Source: Candidatus Poribacteria bacterium (GTDB lineage: Bacteria > Poribacteria > WGA-4E > WGA-3G). Taken from it: a stretch of 64,000 bases of DNA. The notes beneath the pieces are model-generated. The model was not told the origin of the DNA and searched no databases. It saw nothing but the letters and a program-made list of their open reading frames with translations. The DNA lies in assembly GCA_965198235.1 (NCBI GenBank), contig OZ240248.1, positions 4,256,001 through 4,320,000 on the forward strand, given 5' to 3'. Numbering within the stretch: the stretch's first letter is position 1; every line of letters begins with the position of its first letter. Both the position numbers and the translations under genes were made by a program. Shown here one piece after another: positions 18,657-28,768 of the stretch.

Positions 18657-20087
18657 ATGAACCGTATCTTTAAAAACACGTCCTCCCTTTTTAGTGCCCA
18701 CCTTATCGGCCGCCTCGGCTCACTTGTGATAACGATTTGGCTCATGCCTCGTTATTTTACGGAAAGTGAACTCGGCGGCTATTTTGTTGCGATTGCCCTC
18801 ACGAACCTTATTGCGACTCTCACAGAATTGGGGTTACAAAATCCACTCATCCGAGAGATGACGTTGCATCTGCAACAGACCCGGCACTACCTCGGCAACG
18901 CCCTCATCGTTCGCGTCATCCTCTCCATTATCGCATACGGCATCATGATTATCAGCGGGATATTCCTCTATTCCCCGGTAATCGTAAAGATGATAATTTT
19001 TTTAGGATTGGCAGAGATTGCCAATTCTTTGGCACAATTGTATCGATGCGTCTTCCGCGCGCATGAGGAGATGAAATATGAGGCTTTAACTGTAATAGCC
19101 GAGCGGGGTGCATTTCTTGTCATCGGCGGTGGCGCGATTCTACGCGGATACGGACTCGTGCCTGTCTGTCAGGTGATGCTGGTAGCAAGTTGTATTAACC
19201 TGATTTTAAGCGTTGGACTCACCCGACTCCGCTTCACTTCGCTCCGTTTCCAACCGAGTCGAGAGATCGTGAAAGTGCTGATGCAACAGGCATTGCCATT
19301 CGCGATTGGTAACCTTTTCAATCTGCTCTATTTTCGCGTTGATGCAATTATGTTGTCAAAACTGAGCTCAGAAGGGATAGATGCGAATACATGGTACGGT
19401 TTGGCGTATACGATTGTCAACGCCTTCACGATTCTACCGGGAGCGTTCATGATGGGTGCGATGTTCCCCGTTCTATCCCGCGCATGGGAAAGAGAAAAAG
19501 GGAGATTTCCCGGAGCATATACGTTCGGTATGCGATGGATGGTGCTGAGCGGATTTCCGTTAGCGGTTGGACTCTCGACACTATCTCCGGAAATTACGGC
19601 GGTGTTGTTTCCAACCTATACAGCGAATGAAGTAGCCAAAGTGTCAACAGCACTGCAATGGCTCAGTTGGGCGGGCGGACTCATCTTCGTGACGACAGCA
19701 GTGTTGGCGGTGCTACGAGCGACAGACAAACGCCGCGCTTTCTCAGTCCTCATGGGAACAACCGCACTCCTGAATATCTGCCTGAATCTATACCTAATCC
19801 CGCGTTTCAGCCATGCTGGCGCGGCGATAGCGATGGTTATAAGCGAGGTATTTCTGCTCATTTTTGGGATCGGCTACATTTCAAGAAACATTATCAAATT
19901 CCGGGAAACCCCTCCTATATTCCCCACCGTTTTGAAAGCATCCATCCTCTCTGCTCTGATGGGCATCGGTTTGGTCATGTTAAAGGGTTCCTTCTCCATT
20001 TGGGTGCTGATTCCGTTGGCAGTGCTGTTTTACGGTGGAGGGATCACCATTCTGGGGGAATTCCGGGAAAGACTTAGGTTCGATTAA
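18657..20087 (+). CDS. Polysaccharide flippase (Wzx/MOP family)
   Basis: Many TM helices; IFKNT, ELGL, RVDAIML, LNLYLIPRF, GAAIA. Confidence 0.85.
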   Translation: MNRIFKNTSSLFSAHLIGRLGSLVITIWLMPRYFTESELGGYFVAIALTNLIATLTELGLQNPLIREMTLHLQQTRHYLGNALIVRVILSIIAYGIMIISGIFLYSPVIVKMIIFLGLAEIANSLAQLYRCVFRAHEEMKYEALTVIAERGAFLVIGGGAILRGYGLVPVCQVMLVASCINLILSVGLTRLRFTSLRFQPSREIVKVLMQQALPFAIGNLFNLLYFRVDAIMLSKLSSEGIDANTWYGLAYTIVNAFTILPGAFMMGAMFPVLSRAWEREKGRFPGAYTFGMRWMVLSGFPLAVGLSTLSPEITAVLFPTYTANEVAKVSTALQWLSWAGGLIFVTTAVLAVLRATDKRRAFSVLMGTTALLNICLNLYLIPRFSHAGAAIAMVISEVFLLIFGIGYISRNIIKFRETPPIFPTVLKASILSALMGIGLVMLKGSFSIWVLIPLAVLFYGGGITILGEFRERLRFD

Positions 20088-20093
20088 TAGCCC

Positions 20094-23000
20094 TTATTTC
20101 ACTATCACCACTCGTTGTGTTGCGGCAAAGTCTCCCGCCACGAATTGTAAAAAGTAGACACCGCTTGAAACAGGTTCGCCTGTTTCATTCCGTCCATCCC
20201 AATAGGCGGCCCGTTCCCGTGTCAGATAATATCCGACAGGCTTGAACCCAACAGAAATTGTTCGGACCAAATGACCACTGACATCGTAGATTTTCATGCT
20301 CACATCTGCCGTTTCCGCCAACTGGTACGGTATCCATGTCTCAGGATTGAAGGGGTTGGGGTAATTCGGCAGTAATTTCGTTTCTGTCACGTCTTGATTG
20401 GCGTTTGCCAGCCAAGAATGTAAAAACCGAATCGCCATCTCAACACTCTGCGATTTCTCTGGGACGGCTTCTAATTCATTCAGGGCACGCCGGACGACAA
20501 TAACATCTCCAGGTGAGGACGGTGTACCTTTGACAATGTCCATCAGAGAAGGTGCAGCGGAGACTACCTTTTCACCGAGACGTTCCGCAACAAACACGAG
20601 ATCAAGGATATTCACCTGCCCATCTTTGTTGACATCTGTCCTCGGATTGGACGGTAGCTTTTGTCCAAGATTCTGTCCCACAAGAATTATATCAAGAACG
20701 TTGACAATTCCGTCCTGATTGACATCCCCACTGGATTTCACACCTTTTGCTGTAATAAACAAATCCGCCCAATGTGCCCAGTCCCAATAGTTATTTCCAC
20801 CGGGGTCGGTCCCCAATTCCAGTAATACGGTCTCACCTGCATGCTCAGAAAGGAGGATTTGTGCGTCTGTCCATCCTGGAGCCTTTGTGAAGTGTTCAAA
20901 TCGGTTTTGTCCATTTAGAAGCACCGCAAAAGAGACACCGTCACTACCAGCATTCTCATCCAACAATCCCATCGAAAAAGAGAACATTATTTCTTCTGCT
21001 TGAGGCAGAGAAAGTGAGAATTGGAGAACGGACTGACCATCTTCTGGGGGGTGGGCATTAATGGACTTCTTTTCCACACCACCTACAATTCCATGGCTCC
21101 GCTCGCCTGAACCGTAAACATTCCCAAGTCGAAAGACACTATCAAACTGGAGACCAACAATAAATTCGGCATCTCTTAGATTGTAGGGGGTGCCTACTCG
21201 TTGGGCAGGGCCAAATAAAAAGAGAATTTGTGTAGGTAGTTTCGTATTGAGAACATATTGCTCTTGCCCTATATGCCTCACTGTATCAGGGAAGCTCCTT
21301 ATCGGTTCATTGGGAAGGTAAAATCCTACTTTCGTAAACGCATCCGATGGTTCAGAGACGATTTTAGGTTCTCCCCACCTTGCCCAATCCCATCCAGTAT
21401 CTTTTTTGGGGCCTGGGTTCGTAGTAAGGCGGAGTTTGACATCTTCACCTCGGTAGGTTGTCAAATCCAGATGAATTTGCTCCCACTTCTGTTCTGTGTA
21501 ATGTTGACGAAAAATTTCATCGTCTTGGACAGAGACGATGAAAGTTACACCATCAGAATTTTCAGAACCCTCAGCTAACCCAATATCGAATTCCAAACGG
21601 ATGTGAGGACTATCCGGTAGCGAAAGGTTCCACTCCCCAAATGTATCACCCCTGATACCTTGCCAAGGAGGGTGTGCATCAATCGCGGACTTACGAACAC
21701 CAGCGATGGAAACCTCCGTTTTCTGAAAAGTCGCCCCTTTTTGTCGTGGCAATTCCTTACCCTTGTGAACGATGCCCGTCCCTAAAAGATGAATTTCTGA
21801 TAATAAATCAATTTCGTGAGAGATACTCATCCTTTCGAGTCGAAATAAAACTGCATTTTCTGTCACACGCGATCCCGTCACAGAAACACCATCTGGCAAG
21901 GCGTTGATATGCGCTTGAGAGAAATCGCGCGGAGTGTCGCTCAAAAAATAAGATTCCTCAGGATGCAATCCGAGTAGTGTCGTTTCGTTGTAGGCGCGCC
22001 AATGTGGTATATTCCGCTGGGTCCTCACCTGCGTCACACCTAAAACGCGTTCATACCCCAGACTTTCTTCAGGTAGAACAAACGTAGCCCCCGTTTTTGT
22101 TTTTTTCAGTGCTGCAATTTCGCCGTTTTCTCCAACATATTGAAATAAAGTGTTAGGTGTCCAGTCGGATTCAAAGTCAGGTTTGAATCCTCGTTGCTGC
22201 CATGTTCGCGCAATTGAAAGTAACTCCTGTGTCCTCACCCGTTCAGGCCCCAAGTCAGCTACTGACGAGAGCCGAAGCGTTGGTAAAACGCCCCAATTCT
22301 CATACGCATCCAAATATTCTTGGTAAAGTGGTGGACTTCCATCTGGATTAGGTAATCCCAGATAGCCGTAGGGTAATGTATAAGGAGAGAATAAGAAGAC
22401 ACTAATCGGGTGTGGGGTTCCCCGTGGCGTGGGGTCCCATAGTGGTGGGAGTTTCCAACGTTGCGCGAAACTTTCACGGAAGAAGGTGACTTCATGAAGG
22501 TGCTCACCACTAAAAATAACGCCTGGCATTGCTTCCGCCAATTCCTCATGTGCTAACACGTTACCTTGACCGGCATTTAATCTTTCAATCAGTCCGTTTG
22601 CATCATTAATGACAAAGTGACTAACATCCAAGTGGAACGCATCCACTTTGTACTTTTCCCATACGTTTTTCAGCTGCTGGAGAAGGATTTTTCTAAACGT
22701 AGAATTTGCAAGATTAATAAAGGCATGACGTCCAGCAGACTCTGTTCGTTCCCACCACCATCCAACAAGATTTCCGTTCCATGGGTCCCGAAATTGGAAT
22801 TCTTGAAATTCCGCGTAGAGGGGATGATAGGTTGAGACTCCAACGAGATTTGCGTGAGGCATCACTCGAAATCCGTGTTGGTGAGCAGCTTCAACAAAAC
22901 GACCAAACTCAGGTTTCGCTGTATAATCGGGATAATTAACATCATAATCATCCCTACGCCACTGATTCAAATACAGCAAGGTTTTTGCGGGATCAACCTG

Positions 23001-23918
23001 CTCCGCTAACTTATCTAATATACCGACATCCAAACCAGGATCGATATAGGTAACGACCAGACCAATCTCTCCAACCCATGCTGGCATCTCATCCAATCGC
23101 CAGGGTTTGAAAGTCTGTTCCATCCACTCCCGATACTGCCTCGCAGGCACACACCAATCGCCGCTATATGTATTGAGTCGCCATACAACAGATTTCGCAG
23201 AGGTAAGTGCGTCGAAAGGTGCTTGGTTTTGTGTCTCAAAACCGAGTGCAAAACTCTCTATATATTTTTCATAGTGGAGGACTTTGAATTGGAAGGTTTC
23301 ATCTGCTCCCCGAACGGAAAAACCACCCTGTTCCCCTTGAAGAATCGCGAGTTGTACTTCCCAACTACCGGGATAATTGAAACTTCTGGAGGTAAATGGG
23401 GACATCGTATTAATGATTTGCCCACCCTCTGCCGGAAGAATAAGGTCCAGATTCCTGACATTTAGATTCCCACACCCCCACTGAATGCCATAGACACCTG
23501 CTGTGTCGGAAGTCCCTTCCTGTTCAATCAGTAGATCGCCTGATCTCGCGTCAATTCCTATGAGCAGGCGAATCCGGTTTTGTCCCTGACGAAACACGAT
23601 TTCTGCTTTCAGCGGCGCGACTTTCCTTGCCTGTGTTAGCGTCGCTTGGTCTGTCCAGACAGGTCCAACATTTCTCCTCAACAATCCACTGCGTCCGCTG
23701 ATACCTGAAGGCACACCGCCGACAGAAGGGAGGGTATAGGCTTCTTCTGTTAGTTTATTATAGAGTTGGGTGATAACACCGTCCATGAACTGGACTTGAT
23801 AGGTATCGGTTTCGACAAAAACGTTATTGTCAACGACCTTAATCTCGGCAGATTGCACGACTTGAGAACAAAACAAGCAGAGTATTCCACTCAGAACGGC
23901 TATGCCTAAACGGCGCAT
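20094..23918 (-). CDS. Large secreted putative glycoside hydrolase (DUF6259-like) with two CBM-like modules, dockerin and FlgD-Ig/T9SS-like C-terminus
   Basis: Signal peptide; YDVNYPDY, GFRVMPH, DAFHLD; two AHPP..SDGV..DWAxW modules; GDVNQDGIVNVLD and DVNKDGQVNILD; LLPNYPNPFNPETWIPYQL..WDGRNETGEPVSSGVYF. Confidence 0.75.
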   Translation of the reverse strand: MRRLGIAVLSGILCLFCSQVVQSAEIKVVDNNVFVETDTYQVQFMDGVITQLYNKLTEEAYTLPSVGGVPSGISGRSGLLRRNVGPVWTDQATLTQARKVAPLKAEIVFRQGQNRIRLLIGIDARSGDLLIEQEGTSDTAGVYGIQWGCGNLNVRNLDLILPAEGGQIINTMSPFTSRSFNYPGSWEVQLAILQGEQGGFSVRGADETFQFKVLHYEKYIESFALGFETQNQAPFDALTSAKSVVWRLNTYSGDWCVPARQYREWMEQTFKPWRLDEMPAWVGEIGLVVTYIDPGLDVGILDKLAEQVDPAKTLLYLNQWRRDDYDVNYPDYTAKPEFGRFVEAAHQHGFRVMPHANLVGVSTYHPLYAEFQEFQFRDPWNGNLVGWWWERTESAGRHAFINLANSTFRKILLQQLKNVWEKYKVDAFHLDVSHFVINDANGLIERLNAGQGNVLAHEELAEAMPGVIFSGEHLHEVTFFRESFAQRWKLPPLWDPTPRGTPHPISVFLFSPYTLPYGYLGLPNPDGSPPLYQEYLDAYENWGVLPTLRLSSVADLGPERVRTQELLSIARTWQQRGFKPDFESDWTPNTLFQYVGENGEIAALKKTKTGATFVLPEESLGYERVLGVTQVRTQRNIPHWRAYNETTLLGLHPEESYFLSDTPRDFSQAHINALPDGVSVTGSRVTENAVLFRLERMSISHEIDLLSEIHLLGTGIVHKGKELPRQKGATFQKTEVSIAGVRKSAIDAHPPWQGIRGDTFGEWNLSLPDSPHIRLEFDIGLAEGSENSDGVTFIVSVQDDEIFRQHYTEQKWEQIHLDLTTYRGEDVKLRLTTNPGPKKDTGWDWARWGEPKIVSEPSDAFTKVGFYLPNEPIRSFPDTVRHIGQEQYVLNTKLPTQILFLFGPAQRVGTPYNLRDAEFIVGLQFDSVFRLGNVYGSGERSHGIVGGVEKKSINAHPPEDGQSVLQFSLSLPQAEEIMFSFSMGLLDENAGSDGVSFAVLLNGQNRFEHFTKAPGWTDAQILLSEHAGETVLLELGTDPGGNNYWDWAHWADLFITAKGVKSSGDVNQDGIVNVLDIILVGQNLGQKLPSNPRTDVNKDGQVNILDLVFVAERLGEKVVSAAPSLMDIVKGTPSSPGDVIVVRRALNELEAVPEKSQSVEMAIRFLHSWLANANQDVTETKLLPNYPNPFNPETWIPYQLAETADVSMKIYDVSGHLVRTISVGFKPVGYYLTRERAAYWDGRNETGEPVSSGVYFLQFVAGDFAATQRVVIVK

Positions 23919-23942
23919 GCAATTTTCCTCCTAAAACTTATA

Positions 23943-24200
23943 TGACCTAAGCACATAGCACTCCGCTGGAGTGCAAGAGATTGTGGACCCCCGGTTTCTA
24001 TAGACATATCACCCCGCTGGGGTGAGAAAAACACCTGAAAAACCTTATTGAAATCCGCAGAAATCCGCAGAAATCCGCAGAAACACCCAAGCAATACGCA
24101 GAAATACCCAAGCAAAAACACCCCTATCAATACGCAGAAATACCCAAGCAAAAACACCCCAAGCAAAAACACCAAAATTTGTTAGTAGCAACTTGGGTTA
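23943..24200. mobile_element. MITE-like family B copy 2, containing a low-complexity tandem array
   Basis: TGACCTAAG ... GTAGCAACTTGGGTTA; same internal hairpins as 4958-5121; array at 24050-24173. Confidence 0.65.
24050..24173. repeat. Low-complexity tandem array (GAAATCCGCA x3, CAAGCAAAAACACC, CAATACGCAGAAATACC)
   Basis: Direct reading; 44 bp at 24080-24123 match 35352-35395 with one mismatch. Confidence 0.85.
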
Positions 24201-24254
24201 TTTTAGCGAAAAAAATCGTGACTGGGCGGTCGCTTCTACATGAAGAGAGACCCA

Positions 24255-25526
24255 TCAAGAATATAGCCCCCGTAGCACCTCAAAATAATTAGGGAACGTC
24301 TTGCTGACACAGTCTGGATTATTAATCCGAATCCCTTTTGCCTTTAAACCGACGAGCGAAAATGCCATCGCCATACGATGGTCATCGTAGGTATCAATTG
24401 CAGTGGGGGTAATAGGGGCGGGTGAAATTTCGAGTCCGTCTCGGTGTTCAACGACAGGGACACCTAACTTTCGTAGTTCTGTCACCATTGCATGGATTCG
24501 GTCGGTCTCTTGCCAGCGTGTGTGTTCAATGTTTCGGATGGTTACTTTGCTATAGGCGAACGGAGCAATCGCCGCGAGGGTTAGAGCAGTATCCGAAATC
24601 GCCCTCATATCCACATCGATCCCTTTCAACTGGCTCGGTCCAGTAACGGTAATCCCAATGTCAGAAACAGTGACCTGACACCCCATCTGCTCCAAAATAC
24701 GCACAAACTGAACATCGCCTTGCACGGAATCTAAGTGCAAATGTTGGACAGTGACACGTCCACCGGTGAGCGCAGCAGCAGCAAAGAAGTAAGAGGCGTT
24801 GGAGGCATCCGGCTCAATGTTATAGATACGCGGCTGATACCGCTGTCCACCTTCAATCCGAAAATATCGATAGCCTTCCCTGACGACCTGTACACCAAAC
24901 GCCTCCATGACTGCCAATGTGATGTCAATATAGGGCATTTCGCGGTCCCCGACGACCTCAATCTCTACGTCGTTTTTAGCATAGGGTGCGATGAGTAGCA
25001 ACGCCGTCAAGAATTGACTGCTCTTACTGACATCAAGTCGGGTCTTTCCACCCTCCAGTCCGTTTGCTTCGACGATGACAGGAAGATGTCCATTGTCATA
25101 TTGCGAGCGTGCCGAAACTCCAATTTGCGTCAGGGCATCCAGTAAATCGGAGATGGGGCGGCCGTGTCGCATCGGTTCATCGCCATCAATGACGAACCTC
25201 CCATGACCTAACGAAACGTAGGCGGTAAGCGAACGTGAAGTGGTCCCTGAGTTTCCGATATAGAGTTCAGCACTCGAAACCGGAATGTCCCCGCCATTTC
25301 CATGCACATCAAACCTCGCCTGCTTCTCATCAGCGTTAATCTCGATACCGAGCTTCTGCAGAGCATTGCACATATAGCGCGTATCATCGCTGAAGAGAGC
25401 ACCCGTTAGAGTCGAAGCCCCGCGTGCCAACGCGGCAACTAACAACGCGCGGTTGGTATAACTTTTGGAACCCGGCACCACAATCGTGGCATCAAGCGAT
25501 TTACGAATCGGCTGTATCTCAATCAT
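24255..25526 (-). CDS. aroA: 3-phosphoshikimate 1-carboxyvinyltransferase
   Basis: PGSKSYTNR, GNSGT, SSQF, EPDAS, ETDRI, DHRMAM, KTFPNYF. Confidence 0.95.
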   Translation of the reverse strand: MIEIQPIRKSLDATIVVPGSKSYTNRALLVAALARGASTLTGALFSDDTRYMCNALQKLGIEINADEKQARFDVHGNGGDIPVSSAELYIGNSGTTSRSLTAYVSLGHGRFVIDGDEPMRHGRPISDLLDALTQIGVSARSQYDNGHLPVIVEANGLEGGKTRLDVSKSSQFLTALLLIAPYAKNDVEIEVVGDREMPYIDITLAVMEAFGVQVVREGYRYFRIEGGQRYQPRIYNIEPDASNASYFFAAAALTGGRVTVQHLHLDSVQGDVQFVRILEQMGCQVTVSDIGITVTGPSQLKGIDVDMRAISDTALTLAAIAPFAYSKVTIRNIEHTRWQETDRIHAMVTELRKLGVPVVEHRDGLEISPAPITPTAIDTYDDHRMAMAFSLVGLKAKGIRINNPDCVSKTFPNYFEVLRGLYS

Positions 25527-25615
25527 TTTTTAATTTTACCTTGCGGTTCGTTCAGGCGGATTAGGTATTTAACGCGCCGCTCCGTATATCCGTCCTCCAC
25601 TACGTTACGGACTAC
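25527..25615 (-). repeat. GTAG-hairpin element ending CCGCAAGGTAAAATTAAAAA at the aroA ATG
   Basis: GTAGTCCGTAACGTAGTGGAGGACGGA...AACCGCAAGGTAAAATTAAAAAATG. Confidence 0.8.
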
Positions 25616-25633
25616 GCGCTTAGGATTATTGTT

Positions 25634-25679
25634 AAAATCCGTGTTCTCCGCGTTTTCCGCGCACTTCCGCGATTCAGAC
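25634..25679. repeat. 9-bp periodic repeat ending CCGCGATTCAGAC
   Basis: TCCGTG/TCCGCG units at about 9-bp period; related to 62194-62240. Confidence 0.6.
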
Positions 25680-25756
25680 TTTTTTCTCTATATCCGCCTT
25701 CCACTTCGTTACAGGCTGCGTTTTCGCTGTAAATTATTGTATCCTGAAAAACTCGT

Positions 25757-26656
25757 TCATTTAGCAATCCGTGCTTCCGATAATAATTGTCGAAGTTCGT
25801 CCTTCGCAGATTCACTAACGGGCAGCAACGGACCCGTTGTATAGGCATTACAGACTCCTAAAATCTCCAGACACGCCTTCATACCGCTAACGCCCTGTCC
25901 ATAGGTATACATTTTGCCAAGCCGAAGTAGCAACTTCTGTAACCGGTGTACTTCGTCAATATCTCGTGCTTTTGCGGCGTTGTAGAGCGCGACAGATTCT
26001 TTCGGAGCGACGTTTGAAACCGAGACGACACCACCGTCAGCACCGAACAGCACGGCTGCACCGAGCGCAGTATGCGAACCGAGCATGACAGAGAAATCTG
26101 CCTTGTCACCGAGCAAAGCCAAGAGGCTGAGGCAGTTCGTCCAATCGCCGGAACTGTCCTTAATTCCCACAATGTTATCGCAAGTTTCTGCGAGTTGGGC
26201 AACGATATAGGGTTTAATCATTGTTTTGACGGTTGAAGGGATATTGTAAATGAAAACAGGGAGTTCCGTGCTTGCGGCAACATCGTAATAGAACTCGATC
26301 AGGTCCGCATCGTCGGTGGAAGGGTAATAGTAACCGGGTGTCGCGGCAACCGCATCAACGCCGAACTGTTCGGCGACTTCAATGTTTTGGATAACGCGCT
26401 GGGTGCTTGTGTCCATCACACCACAAATAATGGGCACACGACCCCCAATCGCTTTCACAGCGATGTCCATTGCTCGTTCGCGCTCCGTATTCGTCAATGT
26501 GGTAAATTCGCCAGAAGTTCCCAATAGATAGATGCCGTGGACACCGTTGTCAATCAAACGATTGAGTTGATTAATAAACCCGAACTCATCAACGCGCTCT
26601 TTTTCATCAAGTGGCGTTATCGTCGGTGAAAAAATGCCTTCAAATCGGATACTCAT
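25757..26656 (-). CDS. Dihydrodipicolinate synthase/N-acetylneuraminate lyase family protein
   Basis: TITP, GTSGE, IYNIP, GIKDSSG. Confidence 0.88.
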   Translation of the reverse strand: MSIRFEGIFSPTITPLDEKERVDEFGFINQLNRLIDNGVHGIYLLGTSGEFTTLTNTERERAMDIAVKAIGGRVPIICGVMDTSTQRVIQNIEVAEQFGVDAVAATPGYYYPSTDDADLIEFYYDVAASTELPVFIYNIPSTVKTMIKPYIVAQLAETCDNIVGIKDSSGDWTNCLSLLALLGDKADFSVMLGSHTALGAAVLFGADGGVVSVSNVAPKESVALYNAAKARDIDEVHRLQKLLLRLGKMYTYGQGVSGMKACLEILGVCNAYTTGPLLPVSESAKDELRQLLSEARIAK

Positions 26657-26924
26657 GAATCCCTCCTATGGGGAGTAATTGCTATCTTTCTCACTAATAT
26701 GGCTTGCAAGGAATACAGGATCGAATTATCTGTCAGACTTAAAATTTCAGTGTAGCAGAATCCGATTTAGATGTCAAGTGGATCCGAAAAACCAAGCAAG
26801 TTTCAGTTTGCCAATTATGCCGAAAATGTGTTATGATGCTATCGAACCCAATCGGTTTACACGTTCCGTATCGACCAAAATGAGTAGAAGATAGACGCTG
26901 CAGTACACCAAATGGGAAATCAAA

Positions 26925-28748
26925 ATGAACATCCGCACCCAATTAACATTCAGGTACATAGGTATTGTGCTTTTAGTGTTACTCGCAATGTATTTCTATC
27001 TTGCTACGATGCTCAAAGACTCCATGAGCAGTCGTATTACCAGCGAATTGGAAGTGCAGGCAGCATTAACTCGGGAATTTCTCATTGAAAAACTCCCTAC
27101 CAAGGAGAACTTTACTTACCACCTAATAGATCCTCTCGTCGATAGACTCGGAAAGGCTAACAACGCCCGTGTGACCTTCATTGGCTTAGACGGTGTTGTC
27201 TGGGGTGATACAGAACGGGATGGACAGGCACTACGTGCCATGGACAACCAACTCACGCGTCCAGAGGTACAGGATGCCATCAAGAAAGGAAGCGGTATTC
27301 GAGACCGATATAGCGATACAACACAGACAGAATTTCGTTACTTTGCCCTTCCAATACATCGCAACGTGGGCACGGAAATTTCTCCAAACGGACAAAGAAC
27401 CTTGATTGGCATCTGCCGCGTCGCGCTTCCGATGGTAGCCGTCAATACAGCAATTGGCAACCTCCGACGGATGGCTCTAATTGCGAGCGCGGCGGGACTA
27501 ATTCTCACAATCGTATTTAGCGTCTTTAGCACCAGTGCCATCACTAAACCGATTAAGAAATTAACCCAGATGACCCAATCGCTTGCTGCTGGCAACATAA
27601 ACTCGCGTGTACCCGTCGATTCCAGAAATGAACTCGGACAACTCTCGCAGAACTTTAACCTGATGGCAGACAGGATACAGGAACAGATTGACAAGATCTC
27701 CGAAGAGCACCGACGTTCCGCAACCATTTTGACAAACATGGGAGAAGGTGTACTACTCGTGAACGGTGCGTCTGAAATTACCTACGCCAACCGAACGGCT
27801 ATCTCTATGTTGGAACTCCCTGACCCTTATATCGGCAAAGCCTTGATCGAAATCAACCGGATTCCAGAACTACAAGCACTCCTGAAAAAGGCAGAGCAGA
27901 CAGAAACCATCGCGTTCGCAGAAATCCAGCTGGGTAACCTGAGAGAACCAGAAGCAGAGGTCACGGTTGTTCCCGTTTCTGCGGGTCAAGAGTACGTTAT
28001 CGTTATCCATGATGTCACTAAGGAACGGCAATTAGAGCGGATTCGCGCTGACTTCGTAGCGAACGTCTCACACGAACTCCGTACTCCACTTACAACGATC
28101 CGAGGTTACGCCGAAACCTTACTCAGTGAGAATTCCGTTCGGACAAAGACAGGTGAACAGTTTATTGTGAAAATTCTCAATCACTCCGCCCGACTTACAA
28201 GATTAATCTCGGACCTATTGGAACTCTCTCGGCTCGAGTTGGGTGAAGTAGAATTGAAACACTCGCCCTGTCACCTCAATACCTTCTACGAACCACTTTT
28301 AGACGTGTTTGAACCGCTATTAGAGGAATCAGGATTGGTTTTAAAATGGGAGATTTCTGAAAAGCTTCCGAAGGTTAACGTAGATCAACAACTTTTCATG
28401 CAGATTTTCGTGAACCTGATCGATAATGCCATCAAATACACACCCGATGGCGGAGCAATTACCGTTTCAGCAGAGATCTGCTATCGAGAAGAAACTGAAG
28501 GTTTCGACACAACCTCGGAAGAGATTATCCTAAGTGTAAATGATACAGGTATCGGTATCCCGATGGAATCTCAATCTCGCGTGTTCGAGCGGTTTTACCG
28601 TGTCGACGCAGGACGTGCCAGAGAAATGGGCGGCACCGGATTAGGATTGGCAATCGTTAAGCATATTGTACGCTGTCACAATGGAAGGATATGGCTGGAA
28701 AGCACACTCGGGCAAGGCAGCACATTCTACGTCGCTGTGCGATTATAA
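26925..28748 (+). CDS. PhoR-like sensor histidine kinase (TM, HAMP, PAS, HisKA, HATPase)
   Basis: FVANVSHELRTPLT, NLIDNAIKY, DTGIGI, FERFYRVD, GGTGLGLAIVKH. Confidence 0.9.
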   Translation: MNIRTQLTFRYIGIVLLVLLAMYFYLATMLKDSMSSRITSELEVQAALTREFLIEKLPTKENFTYHLIDPLVDRLGKANNARVTFIGLDGVVWGDTERDGQALRAMDNQLTRPEVQDAIKKGSGIRDRYSDTTQTEFRYFALPIHRNVGTEISPNGQRTLIGICRVALPMVAVNTAIGNLRRMALIASAAGLILTIVFSVFSTSAITKPIKKLTQMTQSLAAGNINSRVPVDSRNELGQLSQNFNLMADRIQEQIDKISEEHRRSATILTNMGEGVLLVNGASEITYANRTAISMLELPDPYIGKALIEINRIPELQALLKKAEQTETIAFAEIQLGNLREPEAEVTVVPVSAGQEYVIVIHDVTKERQLERIRADFVANVSHELRTPLTTIRGYAETLLSENSVRTKTGEQFIVKILNHSARLTRLISDLLELSRLELGEVELKHSPCHLNTFYEPLLDVFEPLLEESGLVLKWEISEKLPKVNVDQQLFMQIFVNLIDNAIKYTPDGGAITVSAEICYREETEGFDTTSEEIILSVNDTGIGIPMESQSRVFERFYRVDAGRAREMGGTGLGLAIVKHIVRCHNGRIWLESTLGQGSTFYVAVRL

Positions 28749-28768
28749 ACACGCGAGAATAAATAACG

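Noticed and set aside
24050-24173. Possible CRISPR array
   Set aside because: No constant repeat with unique spacers; units are 10-17 bp and adjacent; no cas genes in the window
23906-24175. 89-aa ORF with repeated GVFLLGYFCVL
   Set aside because: It is the translation of the low-complexity nucleotide array inside MITE B; no RBS or protein-like features
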